A DNA stretch of 63,298 nt, counting the filler, from Intoshia linei (taxonomy: Eukaryota; Animalia; Orthonectida), in NCBI GenBank assembly GCA_001642005.1. It is 7 parts of 7 records of this genome, joined end to end, with 100 filler letters (N's around TTAATTAATTAA, not from the genome) between each part and the next. Parts side by side here need not be neighbours in the genome. Positions count along the whole stretch, not along the records: positions 12,423 to 24,317 come from LWCA01001133.1; positions 24,418 to 36,656 come from LWCA01001097.1; 5 more parts are not named here. The stretch is one strand, 5' to 3'. Shown piece after piece: positions 12,423-26,009 of this stretch. The notes under the pieces were generated by a model. It saw only the letters and a list, made by a program, of their open reading frames with translations. It had not been told where the DNA came from and did not search any database. How positions within the stretch are numbered: the stretch's first letter is position 1; the number at the start of each line of letters is the position of its first letter. Position numbers and translations under genes: made by a program.

Positions 12423-12659
12423 GAGTCTGCCGTTCCTGAACGTTTGAGACGAAGTCTTGCTCTATCGCCGATACTTTATTTGAGTAATGCTACTTTTTTC
12501 TCTTCACTCATTTTCTTTTCCTTATCATTTGCAAGCGTGACCGTTAATTCAAATTTTTCTATCCAATTCTTTGGATCTTATCTGAATTTTCCAAACTTAT
12601 CAAATAATTCTGGTAGTGGTTTCAATATTTCATATTTATGTTCGTATATATTATTCATA
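12423..12659 (-). mobile_element. Degenerate LTR-retrotransposon gag fragment
   Basis: DPKNWIEKFELTVTLANDKEKKMSEEKKVALLK*SIGDRAR resembles Gypsy gag WxxKFE...KxALL..IGxxA; two in-frame stops. Confidence 0.55.
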
Positions 12660-12809
12660 TAATATTTGTGTTTATTTTGAAAATTTATTTAAATTGAATT
12701 AAAATTGTAATAAAATGTAAGTGTAAAAACGATTTAGTAATTTTAATTCAACACGATAAAACAAATAATCTATGGATACCATCTATAGTGAACATAAATT
12801 TAAAAAAAA

Positions 12810-14272
12810 TATATTTTCATGGCCAAAACTACAAATTACCCCTTTTTTGTAATGAAAACAGTATCAGAATTTAAAAAAATTTACAGGTGCTACACTTGTA
12901 TCCTGTTAACACACACAAAAAATTTCAACCCCAGAAATCTACGCATTCCCGGTGAAAAATAATTTTTAATATATTATCACCCAATATTTTTCAAATATTT
13001 CGCAATTGAAAATGTAAATATTGATCTAAATATTTCAAAAAAAATGTGCATTGAATGAAAGAAGGGTTGGCAACATTAATTATCCTGAACCCTGAGTCTT
13101 GAGCAAAGCTGAATGAAGCATGGCTGAAGCGCAGCAAATCCTGATATAGTGAAACGCAGCGAAGCGTGAAAATTTTTTGTGGGCCCTCTTTTACTTTGGG
13201 GTCCCTTTTTAAAAAATAAGGTAGGTGTCACTAAGTAATGGAATAAAATCAAATACTAACACTAAGAGTCTTTCACCATAGAGAAAAAATTAAAAAATAT
13301 AAATAAAATATGTCTGATCTGATGATTTTGATTGAAATAATTAAATTACCCTGAGCCCTAAATATTGCTTTTGATTTATATATTAGACTTTATCCAAATA
13401 AGTCTAATTTTACTAATAATCATGTCGAAAAATCCATTCCTTCAGTCAAAATATCTAATTCAGAAGAATTAAACAGCTTATTAAATGATAGCAATAATAA
13501 ATTAATTGAAAAATATTCTGAAAATATTACATTAGCGTTTTAGCCAAAGAAATGCATTTTTACGAAGCAACTAATGAGTGTCCTAAAATCTTAAACACTC
13601 TAAAACTATGCTTAAAAACATTACCACCATCTTCTGTTGAAGCTGAAAGGTGTTTTAGTGCAGCTGGACTGTTTATCACAAAATTAAGATCATCTCTCGA
13701 TAATATGATTAATGCATTGTGTTTTCTGAGAAACCATTTTAAAAATAAATAGTTATATTTAACCAATTTTTATTCATTTTCCTGAAATATGTTGATAAAG
13801 TGAAGATTTCATTAATTATTGATACGTAATTGGTATTATAATATTAATATATATCATCAAATTAAAAATGACAAAATAGATTTTTATAATTTTATTTTTT
13901 CTGGGATTTATGCTATTTATGACAATTTTTAGAATTGGACTGTTTTTACTTTATTTTTAATATTATACAGATATTCTGTCTAATAAATTAAAAAAATTGG
14001 ATAACAATTGTTTTTAAAATACTTTACGCAAATGTTAACAGAAAAAATTAAGATGGAAAAATTTACTTTAAAGTAAAAAGTAATTTTATGATGATAAATG
14101 CACCTGAAACAAGTTTGAGAATCACTCCTTTACAGGATTGATAATAGTGAATAATAGGATTTTTTTTAAATTAGATTTTTAACGTGAATTTAATTTTTTG
14201 GCAGAATAAAAATGTGCCCTCGGCAAAACTAGTTGATGTTTGTATGTAAGTAGTACATAACAGCCAACCTAG
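12810..14272 (+). mobile_element. Helitron copy interrupted by a hAT-derived insert
   Basis: Family internal sequence at 12810-13055 resumes at about 13780 and ends CAGCCAACCTAG|T at 14272. Confidence 0.65.
13552..13752 (+). mobile_element. hAT C-terminal dimerisation domain remnant
   Basis: LKTLPPSSVEAERCFSAAGLFITKLRSSL...INALCFLR. Confidence 0.85.
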
Positions 14273-14837
14273 TCAATTTATATTACTTTTTGATTGATTA
14301 ATGTCAAGCACGAGTCATAAATATTCATTGCACCAATTCATATTTTTTTTGATGTTTTTATATCATTTTTACAAATAGGCGTATTTATAATATAATTTAC
14401 AAGCCAATTTTTTGATTAATTATTTTTAAATTATGTTTAGCTTCTATGGACAAAATTAGGTGCTGATAATGACCCAACTGGTAGTTATAGAGTTAAGTAA
14501 ATAATAAATATTTATATATTGACAATCTTTATGTAAAGTAATTGTTTTTATCGTTTAGATGTTTAAACTTTAAAGTTTAAACGTTAATTATGCATTAAAA
14601 TGTGTAAAACATTGATTTTATTGCACTACTAGCTTGACTGTTATGTACTTCGTAGGAAACAGTATATAGCTCTGCCAAGGGCGGACTTTTTCAATTTTAC
14701 CCAAAAAATACATTATTTAACAAAATGTTACATAAAAATGATACTATTCGTTATTTCATCATGACCGGTCAGTTCACATTAAATAAAATTTATAGTGAAT
14801 TATTCACAATTAATTTTATTTGCTCCATTTGTGAATA

Positions 14838-15046
14838 GCCAACTAGATGAGGAACTCATTGAATTGAAATGCAATGCAGATTTAAAGCCATTTTTCAAAA
14901 TATGATAGCACAAATTTTGGTATATTAAATTATTTAGCCAAATTTATTTTACAAATTATTAATATCTTTTTTTTCTTCCTATTTGGTTTATCGCGGTTTC
15001 AGTGGTGTGATAAATATCCTAACCATAAAAGAAATCTGCTGAAATT
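14838..15046 (+). mobile_element. hAT Buster/SCAND3-like C-terminal remnant
   Basis: QLDEELIELKCNADLKPFF...KFW...SSYLVYRGFSGVINILT, with stops and frameshifts. Confidence 0.7.
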
Positions 15047-15674
15047 CATTAATATAGATTAATTCAGTATTTGGTGGTAAATGTAAAGCCAAAACTACTT
15101 ATCCATGACGACGAATAAAAATTTTCGGCTTAAAATTCATTCGAAATAAACTAAAAGTGATAGTACGTATTTTTCTGGTCACTTTAATTAATATATATCA
15201 AATTAAAATTTATTATAAAAATAAGGTATTTACATTTTGAAATAAATCTTAGTGCTTAACTTTAATTCTTATTTATATTATTTTAAAATAAACCGGAAAA
15301 GTTAGTTTTTAGAGGCACTGTTAGAAAATATGATCAAAAGTGGGACAGTAGAGAAATTAAGCTAGGGAATCACTTATTTACAGCGTAAATATTACACAAA
15401 TTATCAAAAATATCTAATATAAATTGTAAATTTATAATTTTTTTAACTTTATATGCTCCAGAATTTAATTATATATTGATAGAGCACATATTTCTCTATC
15501 AATGATATAGTATATTTTCAGCGTATATAGATCAATAATGATTATTTATCTCTAATTTTTAGTTGGTAAATATATTTATACTCGAGAAATGGATCATTCA
15601 ATATTGATATATTGGCATGAATGAGACATTGTTTTGAAAATTGTGATCCATGCACCAAGTTTATTATTCTTAAA

Positions 15675-18600
15675 ATGACTAATATATATCTACAACTTTT
15701 TATTTTTATAATTATTAGAATACAGTTTGGAAAATTGTGTTCAGAAAATGTTGACGAATATACAGAATCATTGGAGCATTTACGATTTGTTATGATTACA
15801 GACAACGACAAAAGGTCTAAAGAAGTAGATAAAGGTTTAAATAATTGACCCTAGACTACCCCAGCATCTATGAAACTGTACCTTGAGATTTTAATGTACA
15901 TGTTAAAAAATTTAATGCACTCAACACAATGTATATATTAATCAGATATCAAGTTGAGGTGTTCCGGGTACTATCTTTCCGTGAACTTTTTAACTATTGG
16001 TCGTTAACCGCCTACTAAAATGAAATAATAGAGAGTTTTGACTGAATATTGAAAAATTAAAATTTACATGCTAATTAATATTTGCTTAACAAATAATTTT
16101 TAATATTTACATGTTGACACTGATAGTCGTGATTTTATCAATGATATCAATGATATCAATTCTTTGAAAATTATTATATTCATAAATGACTGAAAAATAA
16201 ATAATTTTTAGTGACCTTGGGTGTTGAATGACTGTACTGTCAAATTTAGATGGAAAATTTATTTGGATAAGTCATTTACAATATGCGACTTTGACTGTTA
16301 ATCCTTATCAATGGAGTGAAAATTTATCAATTTCTATCTATAAAAACACAACGCGGCTTTCATCCTATTTGAATTATAAGGGCAGAGGAATGGAATTATC
16401 CGATATATTGACGTTTAACAATGATTTGATTACATTTGACGATAAAACTGGAATCATTTACAAAATCAAAGACTTTGAATCAGTTGTTCCTTTATACATT
16501 TTAACAACTGAAGATGAAATGCAACGTAACATTTCTAAATGCGCTATCTGTAAAAAGTGTGTAAGTGTAACTTTTAGTAAACAGTGTATTTAAGTCCACA
16601 CAATCAGTAACCTTTTTTCTTGGGTAGTGATAATGTGTACTCCTGTCCCTACAATGAACTCTGTTCATGAAATAGAGTTTCCAATCTATATAAAATTATT
16701 ACTCATTCATAACAGGTTAAAGTTTCATCTTGCGTTATATTTAACTACCATAAAAACCAACATCAATTTTCGTGGTAACGAAATATCTATGCTAAGTTCA
16801 CTCTTAAGTTTTTTTAGTATTAAAATAAGATTGTAATCGATTCGAATAATCCGAGTTGGCTCAAATCAATCCCTTTCAACCTCTAATCATAAAAAATTTG
16901 TATAAATATTTAAAAAATGAATGATTAAATTTTTCGGGACCACGAGGTTATTCATGAATTTGTGGTAGGACACTAAAATATAAATAATTTTAAGAGGTGT
17001 ATTATGTGTCCTACTAGTACAAGTTCTGACCCTGCTGCAGATGAGATTTTTCAAATATATTCCAAATCACTATCAAACCGACCAAAATTAGAGTATACCA
17101 AAATATATTACTTTTAGTGTCACACTTGTTTATCTGATATGACCTTTTTGCATTTAATTGTATACTCTATTTTACTATTTTACAGCTTTCAAGGCTGAGT
17201 GGGCAACAGTTAAGGACAATGTATTGTATGTTGGAAGCGTGGGAAGAGAATATACCAACGATGATGGATCAATTAGAAACAGAAATAATCGTAATTAATG
17301 TATTATTAATCATTAGATATGATTTTCATATCTTCAGTCAGGGAACATGGTCTAACCGGTAAACTTTTGTAGTTCTCTATATTGTTGCAGTATAAATACA
17401 CAATAAGCAAGCCGTTTCAGATTTCTTAAGTTTTTTCCCAAGTTGGGACGCTTAACGTGGTTAAATTATATTGGGCAGCATTTATAATATTACACTTAAT
17501 TTGTTACTTACATTATTTTCTATTATCGTCATCTTAAATTATATTGTTCAAGTAATTTATGGCAGGGTGGACGCTCTTATGATGGTAACGGGCTGGACAC
17601 ATTAAAAACTTACTACTCACTTTTTATTTGTATAGGTCTCATGCAGATCCTCGAAAAAAGTTTACTAGATTTACTAGAAAATCATCTACGATCGACAGGT
17701 TGGGCATTCCTTCTTTATGGTATCGATATACTAAGTAAATTTTACAATCAGTACCAATATAAAGAAATCAAAATTGAGTAAATTAAATATAAGTATTTTA
17801 AAATATTCTGTCTGCTAGTACACGTTTCAGAACCCTAGTGAGTGAAAATAGGTAAATTTCCAAGTCTCGTGACAGTTCCCATATTGCAAAAATTTTTAAA
17901 GTAATTTTAATCTTATTTTATCCGATTTGTATTGGGCTCGACTCTGTAATAACCAGCGATATAATTTCAAAACTTAATTGATTATAAAAATAATTTTAGA
18001 ATGGATTAAACAAATAGATGGATTGAATATAATCAATGTCGATTGGAAGGTGAATTATGACATTATACGAAATAAAACAAATAACAATTTTCCTGGTAAT
18101 TATTAATTCAATACCTCAATATTATAACGCTGATTTTTCTGAGCATTGGTTCCCGATTGCAATCCAAAACTACATACCTTGGGGTTTGTGAGATTCAAAT
18201 TAAATATAAACCAAACTTTATCAACTTTTGTTTATTTTTAGAATTTTTAACATTTATTACAGAGTTGCCAGATGTTGTGAATTGATCATAAAGCCTAGAC
18301 TGTTACATTATTATTTCAAAAATCCCACTTTTATCCCACCATTAATAAAATTTAATAAAAAATACCATTTTAAACCTTCAGGTAAAAATCCACTTTTACC
18401 AAATCTTATGAACAACAACTTTTTAATCATAAATCATAATAAAAAGCCCTATTTATCAAACTTTTTTAAGGGAAAATCCCCTTTTTCCGTTATTTTTTTG
18501 AACAATCCGATTTTACCAAATCTTATGAGCAACAACGTCTTAATCCAAAACCCAAAATAGAAATGTATTTTTAAAATTATTTTAAAGACAAAAACTGGTA

Positions 18601-19161
18601 CTTTACATTTTATAATATTTTATTGCAAAAAAATACCCTCAAGCTAAAACTCGTATTGAGTAGACTCAATTAAATTAACCCATGCAAAATTCTGAAAATG
18701 TCTAGTCAGATAAATAAATCTAAGTACCTCGTGGTCGAGTAACCATACTAACCATATTTGGAGTCGCAACTGGCCAGCGTAAACGATAAATTTTAGGCTA
18801 TATTGTACACGAAGCGGTAGAATGGGATCACATAAATAATCAATGGTGCTTCTTACCACGTCAAGCTTCAAAACATAAATTTCACCCACAAAATGACTAT
18901 GAATCGGGTACAAATTTATTCATTTGTGGTTCATACGACAATTACAAAATAGTTGAGATATCAAATTTGGAAAAGGAAACTGGATTTTCAGCATTTAGTT
19001 TTGTACCTTATACGGAGAATAAGCTTATCATTGCAATCAGAACATTTGAGACTAAATTTGAAGCCAAAAGTACATTATGGCTATTTAGTATATACGGAGA
19101 CGTTTACATGAAAAATGTAGAAATTGGACCGCATAAATATGAAGGAATAGAGTTTATTTAG
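15675..19161 (+). CDS. CANT1: Calcium-activated nucleotidase / Cimex-type apyrase, complete, with signal-peptide-like N-terminus (5 exons)
   Basis: Exons 15675-15834, 16250-16525, 17186-17290, 18000-18095, 18797-19161 splice in frame: ITDNDK, KGRGMELSD, FDDKTG, FKAEW, GYIVHEA, FLPR, GFSAF, KYEGIEFI*; start codon chosen by inference. Confidence 0.92.
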
Positions 19162-19417
19162 TTTTAAATTAAACTTTATTTTGTGATTTTTACCTTTTTA
19201 TTTAATCCATTAATTAATCAATTTCATTTATTAAGGTAATATTTTCAATTAATTTTGTTAATAAACAAGTAATAGGTCTATAAAAAAAGTTCAACGGTGA
19301 AAAGTATCACTCCATAGATACGCAAGTTTTTATAGTCGTTGATGATTTATTTATTCATTAATTTAAATCAAAAAATTAAAATTTTTTATAAAAATACTAA
19401 AATTATTCCTATATAGT

Positions 19418-19762
19418 ATGGATTGGCAGAGCTTTACAGCCGATCATGCTCGGGGGACTCATCGAAATTTTTATAAAAGTGAAATCATATTTTTTAATAT
19501 TAACTATCAAGATCAATGTCATGAGTATATAACTAGGCGTTATATGGCATTACACACCGTTTTTGAAATTTTTAATGGATCTATTTTTGATATTGGGTGG
19601 GCTCGAGCATGGATTCGACGAGTTTCTGATTAACAGCATAGTCAACATAATTTATTATAATTATTATGATTCTACCTCCAAAAATTCCCTTGACGATTTT
19701 AGTACATATGAACCCAAAGTGTTGGATTCCGATAATTTTGATCAATTTGTTAAATTAGAGTG
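19418..19762 (+). CDS. Candidate exons of an unidentified gene between the two apyrases
   Basis: Less AT-rich blocks with GT-AG boundaries splice to MDWQSFTADHARGTHRNFYKSVIWHYTPFLKFLMDLFLILGGLEHGFDDTYEPKVLDSDNFDQFVKLE; no family recognised and 3' exons unresolved. Confidence 0.35.
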
Positions 19763-19867
19763 GTAATTTATGAATAAAATTAATCAAAAAAATCAAACTG
19801 TCATTTTTAACGAGATCAAGCCGTGTAGGAAACTACAAAATCTAAAATTTTTATGGTATTTATAGAA

Positions 19868-20222
19868 CAAGTCTCATGGCTCCTTCAATGTGTCATATGA
19901 CAACATGTATCTATTTTTTGTGAAAAGATTAGAAATCAAGCAAACACTAGTATATAATTTGATAACCGTGTTCCCTCTAATACAGAAATTGACCATTATT
20001 CTCATATGGCGGATCCCAATTAACAAACAGATTAAGCGGGACACTTTACTATATAACAAGTTTTTCCAAATGTCGCTCCTCGAAATAATTTTGAAAAATT
20101 TTATACTTATTACGTTGTTATCCAAATTCTTTTAATGTTACCTAGTAATTTTGCTTTAATGGTCCGAGGTAAATTTTATAATTTATAACCGGTTCGTCGT
20201 GGAAAAAGTGTGGGAACCCATG
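19868..20222. mobile_element. hAT (Buster-type) non-autonomous element
   Basis: Flanked by near-identical 8-bp TSD TTATAGAA/CTATAGAA; right end GGAAAAAGTGTGGGAACCCATG. Confidence 0.55.
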
Positions 20223-20460
20223 CTATAGAAGAAAACCTGACCTCTTATTTCAATTTTGTATGATTTAAATTTAAATGTATAAAAATGTATTACTAACTAA
20301 CGACAGTTAGTTAACTAGTTACTAGTGTAAACCAGTTAAATCTTCATTGTATAAAATATAAATTTTGACCTATTCAAGTTTAGTGCAAAAATCAATGTTT
20401 TTATGTCTGGTGTAATTATTTTATTGATAATTTTCATAAACGATCGCATCTATGATTAAT

Positions 20461-21060
20461 TCTTACTTATATATATTCTATGCAATATTTTTTTGTGTGT
20501 GTTACCGTTTATTTCAAAAACTATCAGTCGTAAAATTTTATAAAGTCCACATTTCAATTATAGTTTTTACTGGGGGTGTGGTCATAATAAATTGAAACCT
20601 CCCAAACTCACATCTTACGGTTCAAAAAGCCGAATTGTCCTTTTTTTTGAAAATTAATCGAGTTCGAGAATTTAAAAAAATCTATACTCTGATACGGATT
20701 TTAAAATCATAAACATTATTATAATCTCCAGGGCCAAAACCACAAATTACTTTTCTTTTTTTAATGAAAACAACCCTAGAATTTCAAAAAATTTACAAGT
20801 TATACAGTTGTATCCTGTTAACACACACAGAAAATTTCAATCTGAATAAGTTACGGTTTCACGGTTAAAAAAGCATTTAAGTATTCATATATTTTTTTTC
20901 CGAAATATTTTATTAAAACAAAAAATGTGAATAAATTAACAGTCCGAAAATTAAAAAAAGAAGATTATTCTGATAGAGCTTGTGCCAGTTGATATAAATA
21001 CAATTATTTTTTTGGTATAATAAAAATGTGCTAGGTGCTGTTTGTACATACTACATAACA
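20461..21060 (+). mobile_element. Internally deleted Helitron copy
   Basis: Starts TCTTACTTATATATATTC...(TG)n and jumps to the 3' motif AATAAAAATGTGCTAGGTGCTGTTTGTAC. Confidence 0.75.
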
Positions 21061-21997
21061 TGAATTAAAATTGCAGCAACAAGTTTGTGATCCATTATTT
21101 GGTTCACAAAGTTTTTCATTAGCGAATATACGATATCAGGCTAACTGATTTCTCTATTATCGAACATTGCACCTTTTAGTCTAAGATTAAGTTATTTCAA
21201 TAGAATGCGATCCATGCTTTTCAATACCCAATTATCTATGGATGTATCCAATTAAATTTAAATAACTACATTGACGAATGATTAATATGATTAATGATAT
21301 TAATAATCTAAATTTTTTTTGGTTTTTATCAAGTATTTAATCATACATTGATCAAATAAGTAACATGACACAAATAAAATATGTAAATTGTAGACTAACC
21401 AAAATAAGTACAATAAAAGAGGTAATTGTGTAATGAATGTATTTACTCGTGTATAAAATTGTGTCTCTGTAATATACATCCGATGCAATTATCTTATCAA
21501 TGAATCGTACAATTTAACAATCGTTCCCAATGGCATTTATTGGGAATTTTGAAAAATCATTAAACAAAGTGTGTCAGTGAAATATTGAATTTAAAATTTT
21601 ATATAAATATAATTTTAATGATTACATAGTTGAATATAAACTATCACGGCCAAGCATTAGCTTTAATTATAATTTGATTGGACCGATTAGTTTAGCTTCT
21701 ATTCACATGTTTCTTTAATTTCCATCTTTTCGTGTAGCAAAAATGAAATTAGACAATTGCTAAAAATACACTCTCAATTTTAGTCCAAACTCAATACCAA
21801 TCAACATTATTATGTAAATTAATTTATTTACTAGTGATATTGTATACATTTTAATTGCAAATATATTTTCTGCAAATTTTTTGTTGAAATTACATCAATT
21901 CACTTGGAAAATTATCATTTATTGTGTCTATTCTTTCGTACATGCATTGACGTTTTAAAAATATTCATTTACATCCAATTATTGATATTTCTATACC

Positions 21998-22442
21998 ATG
22001 GATTTAGATTCTTTCAAACTCAAAAATATTCCTGTGCCTCAAACGCAAACTCGACAAATCGATAATTTAAATATTTCAAGCGGTTCTCAAAATCCAGATT
22101 CAATAAATTATACAGAAAATTTAACTATAAAGTATATTCAACCTGAAATTATTACTAAAAGACCAATATACATGTATCCAATAGCTTTTATTCAAAACAT
22201 TTTTCCCAGAAGGAGATTTATTTCTTTTTTAATTGTAGTCCTTTTTGTATTTTCTCTTGTGTTTTTTATTTTGTATTTTAAACAAATTTTCATAAACCGT
22301 CACCGTATAACATATAATTCTAAATATCCCCTTTCAAATATTTATCATGATCAATTAAATACCTATTCTGAATTTATTTTTCTCACCGTTGTTATGGTCA
22401 GTGATGAAGATAAGGCCTCAAGAATTCAATTTGATTCACCAG
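21998..22442 (+). CDS. CANT1: Second CANT1/apyrase paralog, exon 1 (type II membrane anchor); the rest is interrupted by a TE and the gap
   Basis: Cytoplasmic N-terminus, TM FISFLIVVLFVFSLVFFILYF, YNSKYPLS (CANT1 YNDTYPLS), VSDEDKASR (ADLDTESR); phase-1 donor at the same position as in the first copy. Confidence 0.8.
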
Positions 22443-23519
22443 GTTATTTTATATATATTATATAGTTTATTGTGTATCAAATTAAAGTAATTTACAGTCA
22501 ACGACAGTTATCATGCTAGGGATTATAAAATCTTTCCTAATCAACATACATTTAATTTTTAATAAATTTTTTTTATACAATGTGGGCGTACTGTCAAAAC
22601 TAAGGATGTTATAAATAGTTTTATATTTCTAACATTTCTAATTGAGAATATAACAAATCAAGGCAACCTAGAAGGGAATGCCATTGGTATGGACTGAAAT
22701 TCGGTTATATCAAACTAGTCATGTAATTAGGTTTATTGACTTAAGATAGAAAAAGGTTGAGAGCCCCTAACATACTATGAACATTTTTTTAATTGGAATT
22801 ATGACTTTTTCATAGTATTTATGTTAGGGTAAAGTTATTCAAGCAAATTTTGTGAAATGTAGCCTTAAGTAAGTGTAACTGTTACATATTCATTAAAAAT
22901 TATAATATTTGGAATTTTAATGGTTGTTTTATGTATAAAACTATTTTATTCCTATATTTAGACTTCTAGTGCCGAATCTATTATGCCAGAGACCCTATTC
23001 GGGGATCGACGAAATTTTGGTAAAATGTGGCCTCTTTTTTTCAAATTGAATATTAAAAAAATATATACTTGAATATCATAACTATTATTTGTGTTTAATT
23101 TAAAATTTCCATTCAATAGTCATAGATAGGTGACTAGGAGATATGGCACAACGCATCATTTTAAAAAAACATTTTTGAGGCCATTTTCATTTGCGGGTGG
23201 TTTCGAGCTTGATAGATTCGGATCTGTGTTTTGGTCCATTCTCTGTATTTTTCCTGTCACATATCCGGCTATTTCCGTCAGTCGCGTACGCCAGGGCCAT
23301 GGAGAATAAACTGTAACTCCCATGTACAATCTACATTGTACAAGTTAAAAAAGTGTTTGTTTCTGTATGGATACTATCCATTGTGTAACTTTTTTTCAAC
23401 GTTTCCCTGCCTAGGGAAAAAATTTAACCACCAATGGTGGTCCACCATACGAAAATGTTATCAAACATCACTTTATATTCTATTAATTTATATATTAAAC
23501 TTCTCATATGGCTTTAACT

Positions 23520-24317
23520 CAGTGGCGTAGCGAGGGGGTGCGAGAGGGACAGATGCCCCAGGCGCTACATAAAAATTTTAAAATTTTAATAACTCATAAG
23601 TTATGAGTCATAACTATAGATCCGCATATATGCATATTTCACCAGAATTTTCTAAATTATTTTAAAATCATTAATCATTTAAAATAAATACCATGAAAAA
23701 ACTAAGTGGATCAGAAAACAAGAAAAGAAAAATATCTCGACAGAACGAAGAAACTAAAGATGCATTAAATGTTAAAAACCTTTTATTTCATATGAAGAAG
23801 TCAACACAACCGGAATCTGGTATGCACAATAAAAAATATGTATTAATATGAACATCTGAAACTGCCATAAAAGTTATTTTTAGTTTTGAATGATAATTGT
23901 ACAAATGATGTTACTGATGAAGTAGGTGTACCTATAGGTAAATTTTTCAAAAAACTGATTTCAAATATATTAGATGCAGGGTTGTGGAGTATACCTGTGA
24001 GTGATAGGATGAGAGTGGAAATTGATTGTTAAATTAGGACCTGCAGTTGTACAGCACAAAAACGGGCCTTTCTCTGTTAATGCAAAAGGTCGATCCATGA
24101 CATCAAGTTGGTTCCATAGAAAGCTAGAAAACGGAGAAAGCATCCATAGAACGTGGCTAGTGTATTCACCGTGTATATCGGCATTATTATGCTTTTGTTG
24201 TAGAATCTTTGGCGTGGAAAAAACCGCTTTTGGAAAAGCTATTGGGTTTAATGACTGGAAAAAATTAAACCCTCGTATATCGCAACATGAAAATAGCCCA
24301 TCCCATGGCGATTGTTT
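23520..24317 (+). mobile_element. hAT element (ZMYM1-like transposase with TTF zinc finger), left end
   Basis: Left terminus CAGTGGCGTAGCGAGGGGG; MKKLSGSENKKRK start at 23693; RTWLVYS...CFCCRIFG...GFNDWK...QHENSPSH. Confidence 0.85.
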
Positions 24318-24579
24318 NNNNNNNNNNNNNNNNNNNNNNNNNNNNNNNNNNNNNNNNNNNNTTAATTAATTAANNNNNNNNNNNNNNNNNNNNNNNNNNN
24401 NNNNNNNNNNNNNNNNNAAATACACCTATATGCAAATATACTTTTTGATCTTTAAAAAAGTGCACACCCTAATATATATATATATATAATCTAACACATT
24501 AAAAGTTCAGTCAAAATATTTTGAAAAAATTTGTTAAGATTTCTAAAAGCGATGGTACATATAGCTATATTTAATTTAG

Positions 24580-25948
24580 ATCCATTTGGTATAAAAGATG
24601 CTATAGAAAATACACAAATTATGATAATTATTTTTTAAATGATTGCTTCTATGCAATTGAATTAAACAGATTAAAAAAAGCCCCACCACTAATTGGAATA
24701 TTTCCGTTGACTATAAATGAAAAAGGTCAATATATCAAGTCGAGTAATTCATATTTTTTAAAATTATAATTACATTTCCTTTTAGCTAATTATAAACTCA
24801 CATCTAGTGAATTCAATATATTAATATGGTCAGTTGTGTTTGTTTTATTTACAATCGTAAATGTTACGTTTTACATTTCAATTGATCATTTATTATATAT
24901 GGTACTAAAGTACATAAACAATGTGTATGTGACATTTATCAATGCAGTATTAGAACGTAAGCATTAAAATATTTAATAAATTAATATTAATTATTAATAA
25001 AAATCAATGACACTCGAAACTACACTGATTGACCCGAAAATTAAAAATAGGCGTTTAAAAATTTTTGTGAACTTATACTTTAAATTTAACTCACTTTACA
25101 GTATCAATGATGGCTACTATTTCCAAAATTATATCCAATTTATCCAATGTTTCCATCTCGAAGCTTCCCAAAACATGATAAAAGTGTATAATAATAAATT
25201 TAGATACTACGGGATATAAAACAAAAGTAATTGGAAAAGGTCTTTTGGTTAATATTACTCAAATGATTATTGATAATGTCAATGTAATAGAAATCAATAA
25301 AATACGTTTGGATTTTATGAAATGTAGACCTATTCCTATTAAACCCGATAATGTTGGAGAATGGCGTATAAGTAATTTTTAAATATAAAATAAATATTAA
25401 AAATTTGAATATAGTCAGCATCATGTTATTATCATTGCTTACATCTCTTTTGCAATCGTATATTCTTAGATTACGTCACATAATAATGGACTATTATGAA
25501 CCTGATCAAAAACGAATCCGAGCATCTCAATTATATGCAACTATAGTGTCAAAACGTAGAATAAATCCAAAATTGAAACTATTAAAAACATTTTTTGATA
25601 AGTTCATCGACTCGTGAGTTTTTATAATAATAATAATAATTATAACATTAATAATAATTATGTAGCATTCCATTTTCCTCTTGTATTCAAAGATTATTTA
25701 AACAAAATTGTTATTGTCGATGTTGCAATACATCTTATGAAAAAGATGACTATGAAAATGTATATCAATGCCCCAATTGTCAAAGTAACATTTCATAATT
25801 ATTAAACTTATAACATTTTAATAAATACATAATACATCATTTTATATCATTAAAACATTTATTAAATTCCATATTAGGTGTATATTGCATTCAATGCTTT
25901 TATGAAAACTTGTATTGTGAAAATTGTCAAATCAAAATTAAAAAATAA
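24580..25948 (+). CDS. DCST2: DC-STAMP domain protein with C-terminal C4C4 RING (DCST2/SPE-42 type), 3' exons
   Basis: Spliced exons: KYTNYDNYFL...IFPLTINEKGQYI...IDHLLY...CRPIPIKPD...YILRLRHIIMDYYEP...LYATIVSKR...YCRCC...DYENVYQCPNCQSVYCIQCF...CENC*; 5' part lost in the gap. Confidence 0.8.
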
Positions 25949-26009
25949 GAAATACAATATAATGAATCAAAAATAATAATATTATACATTTTGCAAATTA
26001 AAGAAAAAT

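Noticed and set aside
23140-23480. GC-richer segment, possible LINE 3' end or apyrase exon
   Set aside because: No frame gave convincing RT or apyrase motifs.
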